From an uncultured virus (IMG/VR IMGVR_UViG_3300035429_000176) (taxonomy: Duplodnaviria; Heunggongvirae; Uroviricota; Caudoviricetes): a stretch of DNA of 64,000 nucleotides. The position numbers and the translations under genes were made by a program. Location of the stretch: the IMG/VR virus record IMGVR_UViG_3300035429_000176, one strand, 5' to 3'. Position 1 is the stretch's first letter. Each line of letters starts with the position of its first letter. Below the pieces are notes generated by a model. The model worked only from the letters and a program-made list of their open reading frames with translations. It ran no database searches and was not told the DNA's origin. Positions 19,408-28,617 of this stretch are shown here, in pieces.

Positions 19408-21378
19408 ATGCATAATAAAGGCAAAGGAAAATTGTTACCAATGAGCCGAATTGCACTGAAACGGAATGAATTATCTGAAATTGATACCGTTGCTTCCGCA
19501 AAGCGGTATGGTGACCGCAGAGCATTTGATATTCTAATGGAAGCGCAGTACTATTGGAATCAGATGGAGGACTTTCGAAAAGACCGGGAGCGAAACAAAC
19601 GCTATACCTATGGTTTCCAATGGGACGATATGATTTGTGTGGACGGAAAATCCATGAGCGAGGAAGAATACATTAAAAGTCAAGGCAACGTGCCTTTGAA
19701 AAACAACCTTATCCGTAGGCTTGTACGAAGCGTGCTTGGCGTGTATCGAAGCCAAAGTAAAGAACCAACCTGTACCGCACGTGATCGGGATGAACAGAAA
19801 CTTGGTGAAACGATGAGTACGATACTTCAATGCAACATGCAGCTTAACCGAATGAACGATGTATACGCCCGAACTATGGAAGAGTTCCTGATAAGCGGTT
19901 TTATCGTTCACCGTAAATCGTACGGTTGGCGTAATGGAAAAGAGGATTGTTGGACGGACTATGTACAACCCAATAATTTCTTTATCGACAACAACATGAG
20001 AGATTTCAGAGGTTGGGATGTTTCCGTGCTTGGAGAAGTTCACGACATTTCTTTCGGACAGTTGTGTGAACAGTTCGCATCAAGTCCGCAGGAATACAGA
20101 CAATTGCGCGACATTTACAAGTGGGCGGCAAGGAAAGATTACATAGCCACATACGCGGAGCGTTTCGGGTATAGCCGCTTGGAGAACTACGATTTTCTAT
20201 TCACAAGCGAGCCGGGACGATGCCGTGTGATAGAGATATGGCGCAAGGAGCAAAAACCGAGATACCGTTGCCATGACTACCAAAACGGCGATATTTTCAA
20301 AATAGACGAAGAAGATTACGCACAAGTGGTGCTTACTGAAAATGAAGAACGTATGCGTATGGCCAAGGAAGCCGGTATGCCGGAAGATGAGGTTCCGTTG
20401 ATAAAAGCTACTTGGTTTGTGGACGATTATTGGTATTTCTATTACCTTTCTCCTTTTGGCGACATATTGAGGGAGGGGGAAACGCCTTACGAGCATGGAA
20501 GCCATCCATATGTTTTCAAGGCATATCCGTTCATTGATGGTGAAATCCATTCATTCGTTGCTGATGTAATCGACCAACAGCGATATACCAACCGATTGAT
20601 AACCCTCTATGACTGGATAATGCGGGCGAGTGCCAAAGGCGTGCTGATGATGCCCGAAGATTGCTTGCCTGATGGTGTGAGCATTGACGATATTGCAGAG
20701 AGCTGGACGGAATTTAACGGTGTCATCGTATACAAGCCGAGCAAAAGCGGAAAAGTGCCGGAACAGGTGGCCAATAACTCCACAAATATAGGCATTGCGG
20801 AACTGCTTAATATGCAACTCAAATTTTTTGAAGATATATCGGGAGTTACGGGCGCATTACAAGGAAAGCCCGGGTATTCCGGTGAAAGTGCATCGCACTA
20901 TAACCAACAGACAGAAAACGCCACGAAGTCATTGCTCGACCTGCTTGAATGCTTCAGTTGTTTTGTAGTGGACGGAGCATATAAGGATGTGAAGAATATG
21001 CAGCAGTTTTATGATAGCAAACGTGTATTCAATATTGCAGGTAAGAGTGGTGCACAAATCGAATATGACCCGAAGAAAATACGTGATGTAGAATTTGATT
21101 TAAGCATTACCGAAAGCACTTCAACACCGGCATACAGGCATCTTGCTAACGATATGCTTATGCAGTTGTACCAGTCTCAGGCAATCAGTGTAGAGCAGCT
21201 GCTTGAGCATGGAGATTTCCCGTTTGCAGATGAATTGTTGCAAAGTATCAAATCACAGAAGGAACAGTTGGAGCAGGGCAAAGTGCCCGATGGTCTTTCT
21301 CCTCAATTGCTTCAACAGGTCGAACAAGATGCAAATATAGATGCAGTAAATCAGTTACATAATGCAATGAGAACTTAA
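19408..21378 (+). CDS. Portal protein (P22-like); likely start ATG 19408, not 19348
   Basis: Size ~656 aa; YTYGFQW, NNLIRRLVRSVLG, DQQRYTNR and ISGVTGALQG motifs resemble P22-type portals. ATG 19348 lies inside the promoter motif. Confidence 0.8.
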   Translation: MHNKGKGKLLPMSRIALKRNELSEIDTVASAKRYGDRRAFDILMEAQYYWNQMEDFRKDRERNKRYTYGFQWDDMICVDGKSMSEEEYIKSQGNVPLKNNLIRRLVRSVLGVYRSQSKEPTCTARDRDEQKLGETMSTILQCNMQLNRMNDVYARTMEEFLISGFIVHRKSYGWRNGKEDCWTDYVQPNNFFIDNNMRDFRGWDVSVLGEVHDISFGQLCEQFASSPQEYRQLRDIYKWAARKDYIATYAERFGYSRLENYDFLFTSEPGRCRVIEIWRKEQKPRYRCHDYQNGDIFKIDEEDYAQVVLTENEERMRMAKEAGMPEDEVPLIKATWFVDDYWYFYYLSPFGDILREGETPYEHGSHPYVFKAYPFIDGEIHSFVADVIDQQRYTNRLITLYDWIMRASAKGVLMMPEDCLPDGVSIDDIAESWTEFNGVIVYKPSKSGKVPEQVANNSTNIGIAELLNMQLKFFEDISGVTGALQGKPGYSGESASHYNQQTENATKSLLDLLECFSCFVVDGAYKDVKNMQQFYDSKRVFNIAGKSGAQIEYDPKKIRDVEFDLSITESTSTPAYRHLANDMLMQLYQSQAISVEQLLEHGDFPFADELLQSIKSQKEQLEQGKVPDGLSPQLLQQVEQDANIDAVNQLHNAMRT

Positions 21379-21381
21379 ACC

Positions 21382-21417
21382 AAAGGGGCACATCATCACA
21401 GATATGCCCCTTTCTTT
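21382..21417. terminator. Bidirectional intrinsic terminator between convergent genes
   Basis: AAAGGGGCACATC...GATATGCCCCTTTCTTT hairpin. Confidence 0.7.
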
Positions 21418-21664
21418 ATTCTTTGGATAATTGGTCGCATTCAATCCATGTTTCTTCAGTATCATCAAAACGAACGGTACAACCGTATTTATCAGTATCT
21501 ATATCTAATACAGTACCGCTTTTCCCATTATCATTGCACATCACCCGGTCTCCGATGTTAAACTTGTTGATATTGTCAAGTGCGAGCGGGTCATTGGTAA
21601 GTGTGGCAATGCCATCAATATTTCCGTACTTTCCCATTCTCTTTGGTATTTGAAAATGAATCAA
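21416..21664 (-). CDS. Small protein with SH3/KOW-like signature (start possibly 21637)
   Basis: KFNIGDRVMC..G..GTV...YGCTVRFDD pattern. Confidence 0.6.
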   Translation of the reverse strand: MIHFQIPKRMGKYGNIDGIATLTNDPLALDNINKFNIGDRVMCNDNGKSGTVLDIDTDKYGCTVRFDDTEETWIECDQLSKE

Positions 21665-21968
21665 GCCATGAGAAATACTGTTTTCGTTTCAATGCAATAA
21701 CAGCAGAAGGAAGCATAGCTGAACCGTTTCCATAAGTCGTGCAGTAGAAGCATTCGCGTTCAAGGTCGCCCACAAACGTATTATGATTGATGTAGCCTTT
21801 CTGTTTCAACTTACGGAAATTCTTTCTATCCATAATGATAAGTTGACCTTTTTTCCCACCGGCAGGCATAACATAGTAACGTTCTCCAGTTTCTTTGTGT
21901 TTTTCGTCTGCCTGTCTGACTGCTTCACGTAAACGAAGCGAAGCTCTGATTTTTCTGAAAATGTTCAT
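21615..21968 (-). CDS. Hypothetical phage protein (117 aa)
   Basis: ORF in the terL operon. Confidence 0.65.
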   Translation of the reverse strand: MNIFRKIRASLRLREAVRQADEKHKETGERYYVMPAGGKKGQLIIMDRKNFRKLKQKGYINHNTFVGDLERECFYCTTYGNGSAMLPSAVIALKRKQYFSWLDSFSNTKENGKVRKY

Positions 21969-21992
21969 TGTTCCTTGTTTTTATAGTTAAAC

Positions 21993-24089
21993 TTATATTG
22001 TAGCTGCTGAAACAGCTTTTTTCTTTTTGACAACAAATCGTCCGATACGAAGCACAATCTTTGGAATTTCCATTTCAAAGAAACATATATGCAAGCCTAT
22101 GGCTCTTGTCATTAGCAAGTCATCATGTTTACCGGTAATCGCTCCGAAAGCTCCGTTCGGTTTTTTCTCGTAACACAAATATTCGTCCAGACAACGTTCG
22201 TCACGTTCTGTGTATAAATTCTCACGAATAACCTTGACTAAGGTTGATATAATCATCGGTTTGGTTGAGACATTGGTATGGAAGCCGTATTTGGTAGGCA
22301 ATCCCTCGCGTACGGCTTCTTCGGACTGACCACGTGCATAGAGATTAGGGTAAATCTCTTTGATTTGATTAAGGATGAACTGTGACTGGTCGCCATCTAC
22401 CTGCCGCTCCTTGTCATGCGTTTCCAAGGTGTTGCTTTCTATCACCAAGAGTGAATTGTCATAAAAAGCCGCTATTTGTGCCGCTTTCCACGCAAGCTGG
22501 TCGATGTCGCAATGTCCGTACCATTGTGCCACTACGACAGGCTTGCCACCATCAATCATAAACAGACGGTCAAGCACAAGAACAACAGAGAAGTCTGCTT
22601 TATTGGAACGTCCACCCACATCGACAATCGTGAGGTAACGATTTGTAACAACTTCCTTTTCATCTGCTTCCGGCAACTCCCAAATATGCAACAATCCCTG
22701 TTTGTCTTTCACAAAACGCAAGTTCTGCAAAGCGTTCTTGCCCTCATCCGCATCGGCACAGACTTCACCGACATATTTAGGCTTCTTGCAGGTCTTACGC
22801 ATTGCATCGACCTTGTATTTGTCGAACACACGTGCTCCCGAATGTACGAAGGCTTCCACATCATCAGACGGAAATTCGGCAGCCATCTGCCCATGGTCAT
22901 TGTACTTCCTGCGTTCGGCTATGTACCAATGGATAGCTTCGAGCGTAGCACCTTTTTCCCACAGCGACCAAAGATACTTACCGCATTCCTCACGTTCGGA
23001 ATCTGTATTTTCATTGTCCCGATTCTGATAAAGCCATTCTGCAAAATCCCATTTTTCTTTGTCCGAATCAAAAGCGAGTGTATATTGCTCGATGTCGAAC
23101 CATGAAACGAACATTGCCTCGAATTGGGATTTCCCTTCTTTTGCGGCAGTATATTCGCGATGAAAGAAGTTCCCGGTGCCATTTGCTGTGCTTTCATAAA
23201 CAATCATGGTGTAGGGCTTGAGGAGAATACCCGAACAGGCGGAGCGCACAATGTCTTCCGGTTTCTTTCCCTCCGTAGCCTTCCATATTCCCACTTCGGA
23301 GAGATGTACAAGATTGTAATCACCGCCACGACACGAATCCGGGCGTTCAGCCGTACCAATCTTGATTTTGCAGTTACGCTGCGGAATACGCGATATACTT
23401 CCCGATTTTCCCACTCCTACAATCTTCGGCTCGTTCTCATTGTAGGCTTCATTAATTTTATAGAACATTTCGACAGGATAACTTTTAATCATCCGGTCGA
23501 ACATATCCTTGATTTCATCGGAGCCTGCGCCCTGATGTGCAATGATAAGTGAGTTTAAGCCGGTTTTGTGAAGCAACTGCAACCATGCCATATAAAGCTG
23601 TGAAGTGGTGGAACCACCCCATTGCCGTGCTTTAAGCAGGATGATGCGTATCGGTTTCCCTGCAATACGCAATTTCTCAAGCCGATCCACAAAACGCCGT
23701 TGAGGTCTTGTCAGACGAAACAGGACATCCTCACCACCGCCTTTGGCCTTGATATAGACAAATGTTGCCGCCCAAAACGGAAAATCCTCGCAGCTGCGTA
23801 TTCGTACAAACTGCTCTATGACCTTCAAGCGATCATCCTGATTGTCTTCCACGCCCATGTAGTCCGTGAGGAATTTGGAAATAGAACCGGCTTCGATGAG
23901 TTGGCGTACAAGCGGTACTTTCATGATACGTTCCGGTAACCACTGGGTATGTATAGGAAAGTCACTGATGGTACACTTTACACGTTTACCGACAGAACCT
24001 TCTCCGGTAATTGGATTGAACTTTGCATATACAATCGCATTGCGGCGTTCATTCTCTGTCAATATGTCCTTGATGGTCTTATCTTTCAT
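21993..24089 (-). CDS. terL: Terminase large subunit
   Basis: Walker A-like LKARQWGGST, Walker B HLSEVG, coupling motif ESTANG, nuclease motifs VDVGG and HDDLLM. Confidence 0.92.
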   Translation of the reverse strand: MKDKTIKDILTENERRNAIVYAKFNPITGEGSVGKRVKCTISDFPIHTQWLPERIMKVPLVRQLIEAGSISKFLTDYMGVEDNQDDRLKVIEQFVRIRSCEDFPFWAATFVYIKAKGGGEDVLFRLTRPQRRFVDRLEKLRIAGKPIRIILLKARQWGGSTTSQLYMAWLQLLHKTGLNSLIIAHQGAGSDEIKDMFDRMIKSYPVEMFYKINEAYNENEPKIVGVGKSGSISRIPQRNCKIKIGTAERPDSCRGGDYNLVHLSEVGIWKATEGKKPEDIVRSACSGILLKPYTMIVYESTANGTGNFFHREYTAAKEGKSQFEAMFVSWFDIEQYTLAFDSDKEKWDFAEWLYQNRDNENTDSEREECGKYLWSLWEKGATLEAIHWYIAERRKYNDHGQMAAEFPSDDVEAFVHSGARVFDKYKVDAMRKTCKKPKYVGEVCADADEGKNALQNLRFVKDKQGLLHIWELPEADEKEVVTNRYLTIVDVGGRSNKADFSVVLVLDRLFMIDGGKPVVVAQWYGHCDIDQLAWKAAQIAAFYDNSLLVIESNTLETHDKERQVDGDQSQFILNQIKEIYPNLYARGQSEEAVREGLPTKYGFHTNVSTKPMIISTLVKVIRENLYTERDERCLDEYLCYEKKPNGAFGAITGKHDDLLMTRAIGLHICFFEMEIPKIVLRIGRFVVKKKKAVSAATI

Positions 24090-24597
24090 GGTGCATGATT
24101 TTAACAGGCTTGTTTAGCAGAGCCATGATGAGTCCCAATACATAACACCAAAGATGCAATACGGCATTTATGCCCGGAAACAGGAAGCCTGCCACAAGGT
24201 AAAACAGCATCCATAACTGATAATACCGTTTACGTAATACCTCAAACGATATTGAACCAAACAGGGCGAAAACCAATCCGGACAATCCTACCGTTGGCGA
24301 ATCCATTGTCGTGAAATATCCAAGGGTATCAACTGGAACTGTAACGGCAATCATATAGGCTGACAGCAATCTTCCTATCCCAATATCGTAAATGAAAATA
24401 ATCGATAATAAACACCATGAATTGAGCAAGGCATGAAACATATTCGTATGGAAAAACGGATACAGCAAGCGTCCTGGCATATTACTTCCAGCGTAAATGC
24501 CGACAGTTTGCCAATCCCATTCTCCTGAAAATGACAAACACACAATCATGGCAGAAATTAGGAGAGCCGTAATCTTCTCAACTTTTCTTGCATCCAT
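24079..24597 (-). CDS. Rhomboid-family intramembrane serine protease
   Basis: FFHTNMFHALLN, catalytic GLSG, downstream His (VLHLW); multiple TM segments. Confidence 0.85.
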   Translation of the reverse strand: MDARKVEKITALLISAMIVCLSFSGEWDWQTVGIYAGSNMPGRLLYPFFHTNMFHALLNSWCLLSIIFIYDIGIGRLLSAYMIAVTVPVDTLGYFTTMDSPTVGLSGLVFALFGSISFEVLRKRYYQLWMLFYLVAGFLFPGINAVLHLWCYVLGLIMALLNKPVKIMHHER

Positions 24598-24992
24598 CGT
24601 TTTTTAGCCTTGCATATCATCATCTTGGCACTACCCGGTGTGAGATAGAATTTCGGTGCGGGTTGAGCAATCACTTTAGCACACAGCTCAGAAATGGTAA
24701 GTTCCGGGTATTCTGATTTGAGAGCGACAACCCTTGTATGAATTTCCTCATACATTTCTTTCTTCAACGGCCGCATACCGCTTAAATCGTTCTCACCCCT
24801 CATCATGACGGAAACGACCAATGCTGCACGAATATCGCTGACCCAAAACCTCCGGGACGGCATGTTTACAATTACTTTATACACTTCAGGCATACGGATA
24901 TAATCACACGATGAAATGTATTCATCGTATGCTCTCATCAAGTCGTTCATACGCTCCATAGAGTATTCCATAACTGCTCCTTTATGCTTCAT
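24558..24992 (-). CDS. Conserved hypothetical protein, candidate late-gene regulator (likely start 24992)
   Basis: Basic helical protein; TAACTTTG box at 25013-25020 (-) just upstream of ATG 24992. The function is inferred. Confidence 0.6.
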   Translation of the reverse strand: MKHKGAVMEYSMERMNDLMRAYDEYISSCDYIRMPEVYKVIVNMPSRRFWVSDIRAALVVSVMMRGENDLSGMRPLKKEMYEEIHTRVVALKSEYPELTISELCAKVIAQPAPKFYLTPGSAKMMICKAKKRWMQEKLRRLRLS

Positions 24993-25030
24993 TTTTCTTC
25001 CCGTTATAGTACCAAAGTTACCAATAGAAG

Positions 25031-25075
25031 CGTAAAAAGATAAACATGACATCCTGCTTTCCCTGCCTATTTTTG
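25031..25075 (+). promoter_or_regulatory. Promoter motif copy 6: CGTAAAAAGATAAAC-N22-TATTTTTG, upstream of the scaffold/capsid operon
   Basis: Both boxes are identical to copy 1. Confidence 0.8.
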
Positions 25076-25112
25076 TCTTGTAGAATCTGACTATAAATTA
25101 AATTTTTGAATT

Positions 25113-25904
25113 ATGCCTAATAATACGGAAGTTAAGAGCAATCGCGAGCGATACACAGAGCGATTGAAAGCAAAGTATCCGGACAGAGAATTTGCCGATG
25201 ATGAAGCGTTATTCGGTCAAATCAATGACGATTACGATGGTTACGACAAGGAATTGTCCGGTTACAAGGAACGTGAAAAAGCGCTGTCCGACCTGTTTGC
25301 AAGCAACCCGCAAAGTGCCGCTTTCCTTACTGACTGGAGAAAAGGCGAAGACCCTATCATCGGTATGGTGCGCAAATTCGGGGATGATTTCAAGGCTGCA
25401 CTTGAAGACCCCGAAAAGCAGGAGGCACTTGCAGCCGCCAACAAGGAATTTGCGGAACGAATCGCCCAAGAGAAAGAGTACGAGGGAGAGTATCAGAAGA
25501 ACCTCGACGAAACCCTGACCACCCTTGAAACCATGCAACAGGAAGAAGGACTGCCAGATGAGGACATCGACAGCGCAATGGATTTTCTTGTAGGCATTGT
25601 ACGTGACGGAATCATGGGTAAGTTTACACGTGAAAGTATAGAAATGGCCATAAAAGCAATCAGGCACGACAGCGATGTGGAAGCTGCCGGACACGAGGGT
25701 GAAGTAAAGGGGCGCAACAGCAAGATTGAAGAAAAACTACGCAAAGCAGGCAAAAATGACGGTACAGCCGACCTTGCCGGTAAAAACGGTGGCGGCAGTG
25801 GCGGTTCACGACAGATGCCTGACCTCGGTGCAATCGGGCGTTATGATGGTACACAGAACATTTGGGAGCGTGGCGGTGAAAAACGCAAGGCGATAAACAG
25901 ATAA
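25113..25904 (+). CDS. Putative capsid scaffolding protein
   Basis: Acidic, helical, 263 aa; immediately upstream of the major capsid gene. Confidence 0.65.
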   Translation: MPNNTEVKSNRERYTERLKAKYPDREFADDEALFGQINDDYDGYDKELSGYKEREKALSDLFASNPQSAAFLTDWRKGEDPIIGMVRKFGDDFKAALEDPEKQEALAAANKEFAERIAQEKEYEGEYQKNLDETLTTLETMQQEEGLPDEDIDSAMDFLVGIVRDGIMGKFTRESIEMAIKAIRHDSDVEAAGHEGEVKGRNSKIEEKLRKAGKNDGTADLAGKNGGGSGGSRQMPDLGAIGRYDGTQNIWERGGEKRKAINR

Positions 25905-25945
25905 ATATAAACCAATTACATTTTTAACTTTTAAAATTTCGAGCA

Positions 25946-27388
25946 ATGAAGAAAACAATGAGTTTCTTTTGTCGCATTACGCTGATGATATTGGCGTTTG
26001 TGACGGGTGCATCAAGCGGTGTCATGATGGCAGAAGCATCGAACCTGCCTGATGCGGGTAAAACAACAGCCGGTGCGGACGGTACGGGTGGAACAGACGG
26101 TATTTCCACTGAAACAGGAGGGCGTGAAACCGGCGACCCAAATTTCTATTTGAGTGATGTGGACAAACGCATCGTGAAAATCCGTCCGATGGCTACTCCA
26201 ATTGACCAAATCAGCCGTTATGCAAAATCAAGCTCCACCAATTCATTTGAAGTGAAGTATTACAGTGTGGGTACACGTGAAATCAAATGCAGTACCAACA
26301 AAAAGCTGGAAGCTATGCTCAGCGGTGCGAGCGTGTCGTTGCCGGTAGATGATTTGAATATGTTCACGTTGGATGATACCATTAGGGTAGTCGGTGTCAG
26401 TGCCATCACCAAACCGGACGGAACGAAATATACGGAAGATGACAGCAACGTTCCGGACCTCGTGCTTTGTGTGTGCGGAAAGGACAGCTCAACAAATCTT
26501 CCTACAGTGTATGCCGTAAATGGCAAAATGGATGATTCAAGCAAACAGCCGATTCTTGTTCCGGAAATTCCACAAGGAACAACGCTTGTACGCATGGGAA
26601 AAGCATGTGGGGAATTGGATGTTCAGACAGGACGATTCAATAATATCCCTATGCCTGAAACCCAGTATTGTCAGAACTTCATGATTCAGGTAGAGCAATC
26701 AACTTTTGACAAGATTGCCGCCAAAGAAGTGAACTGGAATTTCTCAGACATTGAAGAAGACGGTGTATATGATATGCGCCTCGCAATGGAAAATACTTAT
26801 CTGTTCGGTGTGAAGCAGGTTATCAAGCACATTGCAAAGGACGGCATGAACACTTGGTTTACAGGTGGTATCTGGTGGATGGCCGGAAAGGACATCGAGG
26901 TGGGCGAATGGGATACTGACAAGAAATGCGCCATAATTACCGATGAAAACCTTGTGGATATTACCAAAGACCTTTTTGTTGGTACCGGCATCGGTAACAA
27001 GCGTAAGATTTTATTTTGTGGAAGTGATATGCTCTCTGCATTCTCCAAGATAAAGAGCGAAAAATTCCGCTTGAAAGATACCGTGGAGGTATGGAACTTG
27101 AAATTTAAATCTTGGGATACTGATTTCGGAGAAGTATTGACCATACATCATGAACTGTTCGATGTAAACGGAATGAGTGATTGCGGCTTTGCAATGGATC
27201 CGGAATATCTTTCCAAAAAAACACATGTGTCTTGGGCACGTAACGTACTCGACTTGCAAAAGGCCGGTATCCGCCGTACCGATGCGGTAGTTATCCAAGA
27301 GGTGAGCTGCCTGTATCTGCGCTATGCAAAGGCACATGCACGTATGAGACTGGCTAAAGCACCTGCCCAAGATTTAAATGCGGCATAA
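25946..27388 (+). CDS. Major capsid protein
   Basis: 480 aa; follows scaffold and precedes a terminator; TPIDQI, ENTYLFG and FTGGI motifs. Confidence 0.75.
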   Translation: MKKTMSFFCRITLMILAFVTGASSGVMMAEASNLPDAGKTTAGADGTGGTDGISTETGGRETGDPNFYLSDVDKRIVKIRPMATPIDQISRYAKSSSTNSFEVKYYSVGTREIKCSTNKKLEAMLSGASVSLPVDDLNMFTLDDTIRVVGVSAITKPDGTKYTEDDSNVPDLVLCVCGKDSSTNLPTVYAVNGKMDDSSKQPILVPEIPQGTTLVRMGKACGELDVQTGRFNNIPMPETQYCQNFMIQVEQSTFDKIAAKEVNWNFSDIEEDGVYDMRLAMENTYLFGVKQVIKHIAKDGMNTWFTGGIWWMAGKDIEVGEWDTDKKCAIITDENLVDITKDLFVGTGIGNKRKILFCGSDMLSAFSKIKSEKFRLKDTVEVWNLKFKSWDTDFGEVLTIHHELFDVNGMSDCGFAMDPEYLSKKTHVSWARNVLDLQKAGIRRTDAVVIQEVSCLYLRYAKAHARMRLAKAPAQDLNAA

Positions 27389-27418
27389 TAAAGAGTTCAT
27401 AAAGAATTATTAATTACC

Positions 27419-27458
27419 GGGGATGGGATAAGGTGTCCCGTCCCCTTTTTACTTTTAA
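27419..27458 (+). terminator. Intrinsic terminator after the capsid gene
   Basis: GGGGATGGGA-TAAGGTG-TCCCGTCCCC followed by a T-run. Confidence 0.75.
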
Positions 27459-27462
27459 GAAT

Positions 27463-27966
27463 ATGATTACGAAAACCTACAAGGCGAATACCAATATCAG
27501 TATTAATGTGGTACTTCCGAGCAAGAAGAACCTGCATATCGCATTCGTTCCATTGTCAAACGGAAGCAGTGTATTCACTACCGACAACGAGGACATACAG
27601 AAGTCTGTAGAGAACCATTACAAGTTTGGCAAACTGTTCAAACTTCATTCTGTGCACGGGCAATCCGAGACAGTAGAAACAGCCGGAAAAGCGTCTAAAA
27701 ACGGTTCATCTGAAAAACTTCATTCCGAAAGTACGCACAATGGTGAAGACACGCCTGCCAACGAAACCGGCAGACAGGACGAAATGCCGCAAGAAGACGC
27801 AGGGGATAACAATACGACATCTCGCAAAGTCAAAGTAAGCGACATTGCAAGTGCAAAAGATTACCTTGCAGACACTTTCGGTATCAGCCGCACTTCCATG
27901 CGCTCGACCAAGGCAATCATGGAGCAGGCAGCAGCAAACGGAATTGAGTTTGAAGGTCTGGAATAA
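27463..27966 (+). CDS. Hypothetical phage structural-region protein
   Basis: ORF from MITKTY, downstream of the capsid terminator. Confidence 0.65.
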   Translation: MITKTYKANTNISINVVLPSKKNLHIAFVPLSNGSSVFTTDNEDIQKSVENHYKFGKLFKLHSVHGQSETVETAGKASKNGSSEKLHSESTHNGEDTPANETGRQDEMPQEDAGDNNTTSRKVKVSDIASAKDYLADTFGISRTSMRSTKAIMEQAAANGIEFEGLE

Positions 27967-27978
27967 AGATAAGGGCTT

Positions 27979-28617
27979 ATGGCTGTATATCAGAAGAACA
28001 AAATACAGGAGAATGTACGCACCGCCCTGGACCAAAACATGAACAGCGATACGTTGAAGATTATAGGCGATGTGGACACTCTTGCACTTGACGACATCAT
28101 TGCATCAAAGATTTTGGAAGCAGTAAAGCGTGTGCACAGCTCTGCACCGTCCTATTTGCTTGACGGCGGACACAACTTCGGTGATGCCATATATTGGAAA
28201 GAGCATGAAAGCGGATGGATATTACTGCCGGAAGATTTCATGCGTTTTGTCGTTTTCCAAATGAACGATTGGGAGCGTGCGGTATTTAATCCCATAAACA
28301 CCGATGACCCTGAATATGAAAAACAGTCTTCCCGATTTAAAGGCATAAGGGGAACATGTCAACGGCCTGTATGCGCCATATCCATACGGCCAGAAGGAAG
28401 AGTGATGGAATTTTATTCATGCAAAACGACAGAAGCGAAAGTGAGCCGTGCTGTATATCTGCCTTACCCGAAAATAGACAAATATGGCGCGGTAGAAATC
28501 TGTGAGAAATGTTATGATGCTGTGATATATACCATAGCTGCATTAGTATTAACGACATTCGGCGATACGGAAAAAAGTGCCGCATTGAACGAATTGGCTA
28601 AATCTGTATTAATATGA
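27979..28617 (+). CDS. Putative head-tail adaptor protein
   Basis: 212 aa; LPEDFMRF and AVIYTIAALVL patterns seen in adaptor/tail tubular proteins; position in the operon. Confidence 0.55.
   Translation: MAVYQKNKIQENVRTALDQNMNSDTLKIIGDVDTLALDDIIASKILEAVKRVHSSAPSYLLDGGHNFGDAIYWKEHESGWILLPEDFMRFVVFQMNDWERAVFNPINTDDPEYEKQSSRFKGIRGTCQRPVCAISIRPEGRVMEFYSCKTTEAKVSRAVYLPYPKIDKYGAVEICEKCYDAVIYTIAALVLTTFGDTEKSAALNELAKSVLI

Noticed and set aside
21980..22022. ATAGTTAAAC here (and a similar box at ~57343-57355, minus) as further promoter motif copies
   Set aside because: No TAnnTTYG box at the 22-nt spacing.
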